NCBI GenBank assembly: GCA_005788145.1
Contig: SXYY01000127.1
Coordinates: forward strand, 1-45,654
DNA from: Bacteroidota bacterium
GTDB taxonomy: Bacteria > Bacteroidota > Bacteroidia > NS11-12g > UBA955
Length of the DNA: 45,654 bases
Direction: 5' to 3'
Both the position numbers and the translations under genes were made by a program. The notes below the pieces were generated by a model. That model was not told the origin of the DNA, made no database searches, and saw only the letters and a list, made by a program, of their open reading frames with translations. This document shows, piece after piece, positions 28,324 to 36,356 of the stretch (its first letter is position 1; every line of letters starts with the position of its first letter).

Positions 28324-29591
28324 ACCAACGGCAACAACTAGTTACTGCAACACTTATTGGATTAACCACATTTTGCCTGTACACTTTTATGTATGCAGTG
28401 CGAAAACCCTTTTCCGCGTTGACATATAACAACATTTTGGTATGGGGTATCAGTGTAAAAATTTGGATGGTACTGTTCCAGCTTCTCGGTTATACCATGA
28501 GCAAATTCTTTGGTATTCGACTACTGGGAAAAATCAAACTTGAGGATCGAAGTATTTACCTCATTTGTATATTGTCACTTGCAACAGTCCCGCTTTTTTT
28601 ACTTCAGCATTTACCCGCCCAATTGTGGCCTGTTTTAATGTTTTTCAACGGATTCCCATTGGGATTGGTTTGGGGAATCGTTTTTTCTTACGTAGAGGGT
28701 AGAAAATATACAGAACTCATTGGGGCGATGTTGGCTTGTACGTTTGTCTTTTCTTCGGGTTGGGTAAAATCGTTTGGTCTTTACTTACAAACTGCCTTGG
28801 AACTAAATATTACCCAAGTACCTTTTTTTACTGCCCTGATTGCACTTATCGCAGCCGCCATAGTGGTATTTGTTTTAGAAAAACTGCCGCCACCCAACAC
28901 TGAGGATAAATTGCTAAGAAACGATAGAAAGCCACTTAATCCTATTGAACAACGACGATTCCTTCAGCTTCATGGTTCCATAATAATTCCCTTTGTCATT
29001 ATTTACGGTATCTTCACCATCATGCGAGACTTCCGCGACAATTTCTCCGCAGAAATGCTGACAGAAAGTGGCGCATATTCTGGCGATGTCTTCATCAATA
29101 TGGAACTGAAAGTATCACTGGTCTTACTATGCCTAGTGCCTTTATTTTCTTGGATTAAAAACCACCGAGTTGCGTTAAATATCACCACCCTATCAATCAT
29201 TGTGGGCATATTCACGGGTCTCACAGCCACATTTTTATTCTTGCAGCACCAAATTTCAATAAAGGGATTGTTAATGTTAACGGGTGGCGGATTTTACTTA
29301 GGATACATTTTAATTAACATCAGCGTAATGGATAGAATCGTCGGTTTTTCAGGAGAATCTGGAAATTCAGGATTCTTGATTTACATCGCCGATAGCGTGG
29401 GTTACTTGTTCTCCTTAATCATTAGCTCATTTGCACTACTCAACAAAATCGACTCGATGAAGTGGACCTCTCTATACATTGATTTAGTCATGGTGGGTTC
29501 TGTTTTCATTGTTATACTCGCGATTACCATACCATATCAACTTAAAAAAACGAAACAATCACACAATGATGCAGAAATTATCAAAGCCTAG
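28308..29591 (+). CDS. 12-TM MFS-like permease (resembles the DUF5690 family seen next to phosphonatase-like genes)
   Basis: 427 aa. I count 6+6 hydrophobic segments split by a charged central loop 'PPPNTEDKLLRNDRKPLNPIEQRR'. It overlaps the PHP gene by 16 nt and the FAD-oxidoreductase gene by 26 nt. The family name is from memory and unverified. Confidence 0.6.
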   Translation: MVKEINQRQQLVTATLIGLTTFCLYTFMYAVRKPFSALTYNNILVWGISVKIWMVLFQLLGYTMSKFFGIRLLGKIKLEDRSIYLICILSLATVPLFLLQHLPAQLWPVLMFFNGFPLGLVWGIVFSYVEGRKYTELIGAMLACTFVFSSGWVKSFGLYLQTALELNITQVPFFTALIALIAAAIVVFVLEKLPPPNTEDKLLRNDRKPLNPIEQRRFLQLHGSIIIPFVIIYGIFTIMRDFRDNFSAEMLTESGAYSGDVFINMELKVSLVLLCLVPLFSWIKNHRVALNITTLSIIVGIFTGLTATFLFLQHQISIKGLLMLTGGGFYLGYILINISVMDRIVGFSGESGNSGFLIYIADSVGYLFSLIISSFALLNKIDSMKWTSLYIDLVMVGSVFIVILAITIPYQLKKTKQSHNDAEIIKA

Positions 29592-30702
29592 GGCCATTGT
29601 AGTTGGGGCTGGCATTTTGGGACTTGCCTATGCGAGATCCCTGAGTCTACGCGGATATGTCGTGGATGTATTTGAGCGATCTGAAAAGGCCAGCGGCTCA
29701 TCGATCAGAAATTTCGGCATGGTATGGCCAATTGGTCAGCCGAATGGCAAGTTTCTTAATCGCGCAATGAAGTCCCGAGAAATTTGGATTGAATTATGCA
29801 AGTCTGCCAAAATTTGGCATAAACAAACAGGTAGTTTACAACTCCTTTCCAACGAATTGGAATATGAAATGGGAAAAGAATTTATGGAACGAGAATCTAC
29901 GCACCGTCCTAAACTTCAGCTGCTCGACAAACAGCAAACGAAAGCCATATTTCCATTGGCCCACAAAAACAATCGAGGTGCCATTTTTAGTGGAACGGAG
30001 GTTATTGTTGAGGCACGGGAAGCAATCCGACTTATTCCAGCGTACCTAGAAGACCAACACGGTGTGAAATTTCATTTTAACACGCCGGTGGTTGAGATTG
30101 CGAATGGATTTATTTGCACGGCTAAAAAACACCGTTTCGAAGCAGACATAATCATATTGTGCAGTGGTTATGAAACCAACTTATTATACCCAGAGGTCTA
30201 CGAGTCGGCCCCCATTACAATCAGCCATCTGAACATGTTAAGAAGCCATCGGTTATCGCACACGATTCCGGCAATTTGTGCTGGATTGAGTTTTTTGCAT
30301 TATGGCAGTTACGACAGACTACCCTCTTCGGCTATTTACAAAAAATGGGCTACAGACAATTACCCCAAACAAGTATATCACGGGATTCATCTTCTAATAA
30401 GCCAAAATTACAACAATCAACTAACCATTGGCGACAGTCATGATTATGGAATGCATCACGACCCTTTCCAAAAAGATGATGTTGATCAATTGATTTTGGA
30501 TTACATGAATGATGTAATGGAAATTCCCAATCTGCAAATTTCACAGAGATGGACTGGCCAATATCTAAAAATGCAGAACGGACAGAGTGAGTGGTTTGAG
30601 GAAATAGCATCGGGGGTATATTTGGCAAACGGTCCTGGTGGCGCTGGCATGACATTGGGTTTCGGCATGGCCGAAGACACCATTAGTCAAATGATCGGTT
30701 AA
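29566..30702 (+). CDS. DAO-family FAD-dependent oxidoreductase (TIGR03364-type, phosphonate-associated amine oxidase)
   Basis: Preferred start MMQKLSKPR (ORF opens at 29509 inside the permease gene). Rossmann motif 'AIVVGAGILGLAYARSL...VFERSEKASGSSIRNFG' and a C-terminal 'GPGGAGMTLGFG' typical of DAO/PF01266 enzymes. The phosphonate context is the known partnership of TIGR03364 with TIGR03351. Confidence 0.72.
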   Translation: MMQKLSKPRAIVVGAGILGLAYARSLSLRGYVVDVFERSEKASGSSIRNFGMVWPIGQPNGKFLNRAMKSREIWIELCKSAKIWHKQTGSLQLLSNELEYEMGKEFMERESTHRPKLQLLDKQQTKAIFPLAHKNNRGAIFSGTEVIVEAREAIRLIPAYLEDQHGVKFHFNTPVVEIANGFICTAKKHRFEADIIILCSGYETNLLYPEVYESAPITISHLNMLRSHRLSHTIPAICAGLSFLHYGSYDRLPSSAIYKKWATDNYPKQVYHGIHLLISQNYNNQLTIGDSHDYGMHHDPFQKDDVDQLILDYMNDVMEIPNLQISQRWTGQYLKMQNGQSEWFEEIASGVYLANGPGGAGMTLGFGMAEDTISQMIG

Positions 30703-31234
30703 CCATCAAACATTCGGCCAAATCGGCCCAAACGCTTTCAGGAATTTCCGTATCCAAATCAATGCGTTTACCCGTATCATCCCATCTGCGCAAATTGAGC
30801 GCCTGGTGAAAACAAGGGTGTTTTCTGGCTTCCGCAACCTCATCGTCTGACATCAGTCCACCTTGCAGCTGAAAGCTCTTCAAGCTTGCAGCAGTAAGGC
30901 GGTTGATGTAATATGGTTCACAACTCACCAAATATCGCTTCGCCCAAACATGGCTAGCCACCATACTTGATACCTTTTCCCCGAAACCCCATTCCAACAA
31001 CAAAGCCGCCCCTATCTCTTCGTGTTTCATATCTTGGGAGTACCCATCTATTTCCTGATAGGCCAAGTGTCCAACATCATGTAAAAACGCAGCCACCCGC
31101 AATTCCAATTCGGCGTGTGCTTCTAAGGCTAACAGGTAACACTGAACTGCATGTTCCTGTTGGGTCACGTCTTCGCCATAGGTATGCTGCCCATGATCGC
31201 TGAATAAGGCTTTGATTTTCTCTATGATTTCCAT
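30683..31234 (-). CDS. phnZ: PhnZ-like HD-domain (di-iron) phosphonate oxygenase
   Basis: 183 aa. The ligand pattern 'QQEHAVQC', 'FLHDVGH', 'HEEIGA', 'ASHVWAKRYLV' and 'LRRWDDTGK', plus 'LQGGLMSDDE', matches what I remember of PhnZ / TIGR03276. Its 3' end overlaps the convergent FAD-oxidoreductase gene by 20 nt. Confidence 0.68.
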   Translation of the reverse strand: MEIIEKIKALFSDHGQHTYGEDVTQQEHAVQCYLLALEAHAELELRVAAFLHDVGHLAYQEIDGYSQDMKHEEIGAALLLEWGFGEKVSSMVASHVWAKRYLVSCEPYYINRLTAASLKSFQLQGGLMSDDEVAEARKHPCFHQALNLRRWDDTGKRIDLDTEIPESVWADLAECLMVNRSFD

Positions 31235-31244
31235 TTGATTTATT

Positions 31245-31277
31245 TAAAAAAGGGGAGTAGAATTAACCACTCCCCCT
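31245..31277 (-). terminator. Terminator-like hairpin between susD-like and phnZ-like genes
   Basis: In minus-strand sense the sequence is GGGGAGT-(10 nt)-ACTCCCC (31252-31258 and 31269-31275), followed by TTTTTT and then only 11 nt before the phnZ-like ATG. It starts 34 nt after the susD stop. Confidence 0.55.
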
Positions 31278-31309
31278 TACTAACTATTAAACCAATTCAA
31301 CTACTTTGA

Positions 31310-32896
31310 TTATTTCAAAATCCACATATCTGCATTGATCTCGTCTTTTCCACCGAATTGACGATCCAAAGCCGCTTGCCAGTTTGCCGCATTGTTTGTT
31401 CTCTCACCCGTAGGATATTGGTATCTTTTTGGGATAAGACCACTATTTCCCGTTCCTGGGCCATTGGCTGAAAAAGTAGGATAATTTGTCCTACGGTTAT
31501 TGTAATACCCTTCCAAGCCACTATTCTGGAAGAAAGACAAATACTTTTGTGTTATGATTTGTCTCAAACCATTTTCGCCCGCACCTGCATATTTCACCGA
31601 AACCTGATTAAAGTAGGCTGCTTCATCAAAGATATACGTATTCTTGATGTAATCGGCGGCATTTGTTGGTGTACCACCATTTCTGAAAGCATACACGTCC
31701 ATTGCCCCATTTTTTACACCGAAGAAATCAAAACTTGCTTTAATCCCTTTTTCGTACCATGTAGAGGCGTTTTCAGAAATCCAACCGCGGTGAGCTGCCT
31801 CAGCGATATTGAAACACATTTCTGAATAGCCAATTTGAATACCAGGCTCAGCGGTGAAAGTTCTGTAGTAACGGTAACGATTGTACAATGAATATTCTCC
31901 ATTCAAGAAATTACCACCGTTAGACACCTGCATTTTCGTAGACATATCAGCCAAATCCTGATTGGCATCCGCACCCACAAAAGAAGCAAAATCAGTGTAT
32001 CCAGAACCAGCCTTTAATTTGGCACCTGCAGGCTCTGCGATAACAAATACGCGGGGATCCTTCAAGTAAGTCAATACAGACAAATTGGTAGACGACATGT
32101 TGTAACGCAAAGCATCAAAACCATAATTGTCTGGACTTACAGGATACTTATTCAAAGTGCTGTTATATACGAACTGCATATTATCGGCATTTGAAGTAAA
32201 AATTGGATATTTACCGGGATTGGTAACAATGTTGGCAAACTTGCCTTTCACGTTCAAATCCCCGTCTGACTCCTTTTTACTCAAAGCGATCAGCACACGC
32301 AACGCGAAAGTGTTGTTTGCTTTTTGCCAAGCAGCCAAATTATTATTGAAATAAATATCACCCGCAAATGAACTATTACCACTTGCAATCAACGTTGCCA
32401 TGTCTGTGTTGGCTTCTTCCAACCAAGCCAAAATCTGCATAAACACCTCCTTTTGAGAATCGTATTTTGGCAGAAAATTGTCGGCCTTCAATGCCTCTGA
32501 CATTGGCACATCACCGGTCAACATGGTCATTTGATAAAACAAATAAGCACGCATGAATTTACCCAAGGCAGAATATGGGTTCACGGCTGGACTTCCAACG
32601 CGCTTTGCCTCCTCTTCCATCTTGATTACGTTCTTCAGTGTAGTGAAGCTCCATGCACCACCACCCCAATTGTATTCGTTGTTGCCGTAGTAGTTGTAGT
32701 TACACAAATTGTACTGACAAATCCTTGCGTCACCACCCCAAGGTCTTTGATTTATGTTGAAGCAAATCCCGTTTAAAACCAAATCGGGGGTAACTTGCGT
32801 AGGACGGTTTGGATCTTTATCGATGCCGTCTACTGAACAACCATTCATCACCAACAAGGTTAAAGCGGCGATGGATGCGAAAAATATGTTTTTCAT
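31310..32896 (-). CDS. SusD/RagB-family outer-membrane lipoprotein
   Basis: 528 aa. Lipoprotein signal 'LTLLVMNGC', TPR-like N-terminal half ('FMRAYLFYQMTMLTGDVP'), and a position immediately downstream of a SusC-type gene. Confidence 0.85.
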   Translation of the reverse strand: MKNIFFASIAALTLLVMNGCSVDGIDKDPNRPTQVTPDLVLNGICFNINQRPWGGDARICQYNLCNYNYYGNNEYNWGGGAWSFTTLKNVIKMEEEAKRVGSPAVNPYSALGKFMRAYLFYQMTMLTGDVPMSEALKADNFLPKYDSQKEVFMQILAWLEEANTDMATLIASGNSSFAGDIYFNNNLAAWQKANNTFALRVLIALSKKESDGDLNVKGKFANIVTNPGKYPIFTSNADNMQFVYNSTLNKYPVSPDNYGFDALRYNMSSTNLSVLTYLKDPRVFVIAEPAGAKLKAGSGYTDFASFVGADANQDLADMSTKMQVSNGGNFLNGEYSLYNRYRYYRTFTAEPGIQIGYSEMCFNIAEAAHRGWISENASTWYEKGIKASFDFFGVKNGAMDVYAFRNGGTPTNAADYIKNTYIFDEAAYFNQVSVKYAGAGENGLRQIITQKYLSFFQNSGLEGYYNNRRTNYPTFSANGPGTGNSGLIPKRYQYPTGERTNNAANWQAALDRQFGGKDEINADMWILK

Positions 32897-32923
32897 GTTT
32901 TTATTTTTTAGAAATTATTTAAA

Positions 32924-35900
32924 TCAGAAAGTCAAATTAATGTTAACACCGTATCTTCTCATGGTTGGCGACTGCAATGCAGAGTAACCTGTCATTCCGG
33001 GGAATTGATCCAAATCCAAATCATCCAAACCTTTGGCGAAATACAACAAGTTTCTTCCTACCAAGGACACTGAAGCACCTTTGAAGGTCTTACCCAATTT
33101 GGATGCAGGCAAGTTGTAGGTGATGGTTACTTCACGCAACTTCATGTAATCCTTATTCATGATGTTTGGTCCAAATTGACCGTAATAGCGACTGATATAA
33201 TCCTGCAAGTATGTTGGCGTTTCATTTTTCTTGAAAGTCAATTCACCGTAATTGGTGATTTCACCAGTCAAAGGATCATACTTAATGGTTCCACCAGCAA
33301 GCTGTGCACCTTCACCCAACCAAGTCTTTTTGCCTTCTGTATCCGCTTCACGTGCAGAGGCCATTGTATTACCGTTGGCATCAACGATGTTTCCTTGAAC
33401 TGTTTCGATATGTCTACCACCGCGGTATGTCTGACGTTGAATTTGGTTCACAATCAAACCACCCACACGGCCATCGAATTGTACACCGATTGTCCAATTT
33501 TTCACCTTTACCTGGTTGTAGAGGCCAATCACCAAATCAGGCAAAGTATACCCTTGGAATTGTCCTTTTGGCAATACAATAGGACGTCCACCCGCGTCAT
33601 TGATCAACTGTCCGTCAGGGGTTCTTGCAAAATCATTGGTATACAAAGCATCGATACGATCACCCACTTTCAAAAACCGGTTACTAGAGTTATCCGTCAC
33701 GAAATAGTTCGCAGAAATCTGGTTCACATCTCCATAGACGGCTGTCAAGAATTCGCGGTAACGAGACAAGTTCAACATGCTATTCCAAGTTACACCACCT
33801 TTGGTTTTTGCCTTGATCACATCACCTTTGAAGCTCACTTCCCAACCTTTACGCTGTGTTTCAATACCGTTTACGATTTGATTGGTGTAACCAGTTGCTT
33901 CTGAAATGGTTCTTGAGAAGATACCTGGTCCGTCGTTGTAGATATAGTAAGTACCCTCTACACTCAAACGGTTTTTGAATAAACGAACTTCTGATCCAAA
34001 CTCAACATCGGTACGTTGGAATGGGGCCAAACTTGCATTTGGCAATACGTTGGTAAAGTTTGCAGAAGGACGGCCATTGTACAACAAAGGTGTGTTGTAA
34101 ATCCCTGAATTCACGTAAGCAGGTCCTTCGTAAGGTGATGAGTAATTACTGCCATAACCCAAGGTACTTCCTGCTTGAGAAATCAACGGGGTTGTCAAAC
34201 CACCTTTCACTTGAGCAAATGAAGCGCGAAGCTTCCAGAAATTGAAGTTTTTGCTTTTCAAATTTTCAAACATATCCATCGGCAAAATAGAAACCGAGGC
34301 AGAAGGGTAAACAAATGAGTTGTTTCCAGCAGGCATTGTAGACAGTTGGTCCATACGGGCACCCAAGTTCAAATACAAGAACTTTGATCCAATATCTGCC
34401 AAAGCATACAATGAATTTACCGCCATTTTCGAATTAAAGTTGAATACACGAACAGGGTTTGCGCTGTTGGCGAAGTTGTACACTTCAGGTACATTCAAAT
34501 AGTCTGTGGTCGCCCAGCTGCTGTTGTAGTTGAAATCTCTGCGGTTTCCTCCGATGCTAGCATGAACATCCAAACCGCCCAACTTCTTTTTGTAATCCAA
34601 CAAAAATTCGTTGTTGATTTCGAACATCGCTCTGCGGTCCTCGCGGTAATCACCACGTCCTTCCTCACGGCCATAGGGGTGAGCAGAAAATGGCATTTTT
34701 TCAGTACGCAACAAATCATACGTGGTTGCAGATGTTCTTACCATCAAGTTGATATTTTTGGTAACATCCCAATCAAAGCTGGTGTATCCATACAAATCAT
34801 TCTTGTAGTGACCTCTCAACCACTTTTCGGCCACGAACCAAGGGTTTTGATAGCGCTTATATTCAGAGTGAAGTGATTGAACACCTTCCTTACCCGGCTG
34901 CCAAATACCACGAATATCATCGCTCATCACATCCCAGTCAGCACCTTGCCAAATAACCACATTGTAAATCAATGAGTTTGGACCATAAACCACATCATTG
35001 ATGTTGTCTGTAGACTGACGGTTATAGTTCACGTTTGCATTCATTCTGAATTTATCAGAGAAACGCACAGTGTTAGAAATATTGAATGTATTGCTGTTCA
35101 ATCCTGTATTTGGTACGATACCACGTTGATTCAAATTGCTAAATGAAAAACGCACATCCATCTTCTCAGTAGAAGAAGCAATACTGAAGTTGTTGGTATT
35201 CAACAAACCCGCTTGCAAAAAGCGCTGAAGGTTGTTTTTACCTCTTGCAACAAAGGGTGTAGGAATGCGCTTACCGGTAACTGGATCGATAGGACTGTCA
35301 TATTGTGCGATCAATTGTCCGTTCAATTTCGGACCCCAAACATCATAGTCACCATCGTTATCGCCACCACCCAAACCATCAACAAATGAATAGTTACCAT
35401 GGTCACCAGGACCGTATTCGTCTTGCACCTTAGGAATGGTCAAGAAACCATTTTCCATGATGGTAGACGAGTTAAAGTCAATAGAAACACCTTTGCCCTT
35501 GCTGCCTTTTTTGGTTGTAATTACTATCGCACCGTTCTGACCTCTGTAACCATATAATGCAGCTGCCGCAGGACCCATCAATACCGATACCTTGTCGATA
35601 TCATCAGGAGACAAGTTATAAGCATCTGAGTTAATGGGAATACCATCAATCACGTACAACACTGATTGTCCACGACGCAGATCACTTCCACGAAGCACGA
35701 TTTGTGGGTTTCCCAACAACTCAGCACTTTGTCCGATCGTTAAACCTGCTACCTTACCCACCAAGTTGTCGATGACGTTCGTTTCACGCGCTTTTACCAA
35801 TGTTGCTCCATCCACTTCAGCAATCGCAAAACCCAACTTCTTTTTTTCCTTTTTGATACCCAAGGCGGTAACAACGACCTCTCCCACACGCGCCGTGTCG

Positions 35901-36001
35901 GTATCGTTGTTCGCTTGTTGTGCGAGAGAAGCATTGGCAGCCATGGCCAACGCAACCGTCACAAACATGCGATTGGTTGATAAAATGTTTTTCGTTTTCA
36001 T
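32924..36001 (-). CDS. SusC/RagA-family TonB-dependent outer-membrane transporter
   Basis: 1025 aa. After the signal peptide comes 'VVVTALGIKKEKKKLGFAIAEVDG' (SusC TonB-box/plug signature), then 'VLRGSDLRRGQSVLYVIDGIPI'. The C-terminus is 'RRYGVNINLTF'. No N-terminal carboxypeptidase-regulatory or STN domain is visible. Confidence 0.9.
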   Translation of the reverse strand: MKTKNILSTNRMFVTVALAMAANASLAQQANNDTDTARVGEVVVTALGIKKEKKKLGFAIAEVDGATLVKARETNVIDNLVGKVAGLTIGQSAELLGNPQIVLRGSDLRRGQSVLYVIDGIPINSDAYNLSPDDIDKVSVLMGPAAAALYGYRGQNGAIVITTKKGSKGKGVSIDFNSSTIMENGFLTIPKVQDEYGPGDHGNYSFVDGLGGGDNDGDYDVWGPKLNGQLIAQYDSPIDPVTGKRIPTPFVARGKNNLQRFLQAGLLNTNNFSIASSTEKMDVRFSFSNLNQRGIVPNTGLNSNTFNISNTVRFSDKFRMNANVNYNRQSTDNINDVVYGPNSLIYNVVIWQGADWDVMSDDIRGIWQPGKEGVQSLHSEYKRYQNPWFVAEKWLRGHYKNDLYGYTSFDWDVTKNINLMVRTSATTYDLLRTEKMPFSAHPYGREEGRGDYREDRRAMFEINNEFLLDYKKKLGGLDVHASIGGNRRDFNYNSSWATTDYLNVPEVYNFANSANPVRVFNFNSKMAVNSLYALADIGSKFLYLNLGARMDQLSTMPAGNNSFVYPSASVSILPMDMFENLKSKNFNFWKLRASFAQVKGGLTTPLISQAGSTLGYGSNYSSPYEGPAYVNSGIYNTPLLYNGRPSANFTNVLPNASLAPFQRTDVEFGSEVRLFKNRLSVEGTYYIYNDGPGIFSRTISEATGYTNQIVNGIETQRKGWEVSFKGDVIKAKTKGGVTWNSMLNLSRYREFLTAVYGDVNQISANYFVTDNSSNRFLKVGDRIDALYTNDFARTPDGQLINDAGGRPIVLPKGQFQGYTLPDLVIGLYNQVKVKNWTIGVQFDGRVGGLIVNQIQRQTYRGGRHIETVQGNIVDANGNTMASAREADTEGKKTWLGEGAQLAGGTIKYDPLTGEITNYGELTFKKNETPTYLQDYISRYYGQFGPNIMNKDYMKLREVTITYNLPASKLGKTFKGASVSLVGRNLLYFAKGLDDLDLDQFPGMTGYSALQSPTMRRYGVNINLTF

Positions 36002-36356
36002 AGGCTATATTTTGAGCCAAAACAACGCGAACAATATTATGGCAATCCTCCATATCAGTTACTGAATCATAAACAAGAATTATTTAATATCTACATCAAA
36101 CTAAATCAACATAAAATTTTCCAATTTTTAAAACAACTTATTGAATATCAATTTGTTGAATTTCAAAAAATGATTCATAAAAACATCAAGTTAATGTAAA
36201 CACATTGCTCTTTGAATCAAATCATTGTCAGAGCTAATCATTCATAAACACAACCGTTACATTTAAAATAAAAAACAAAAACACAAGATTCATCGCACAA
36301 TGGCTTTACACAAACAATGCGTCGAACACAATAAAAATTTACACGGTGGTAATGCA

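Noticed and set aside
24823-31234. Interpretation of the ATP-grasp-containing cassette as a phosphonate natural-product (phosphonopeptide) biosynthetic cluster.
   Set aside because: There is no PEP mutase (PepM) or phosphonopyruvate decarboxylase, which are obligatory for phosphonate biosynthesis. The recognisable enzymes (PhnX-like, PhnZ-like, amine oxidase) are catabolic.
33176-33904. 242-aa ORF antisense within the susC-like gene.
   Set aside because: It is a shadow ORF of a strongly supported TonB-dependent transporter gene and has no motifs.
36002-36356. Possible riboswitch, such as cobalamin or TPP, in the long leader upstream of a TonB-dependent transporter gene.
   Set aside because: The region is very AT-rich and lacks the conserved GC-rich cores of those riboswitches. 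No convincing multi-stem structure was seen by eye.
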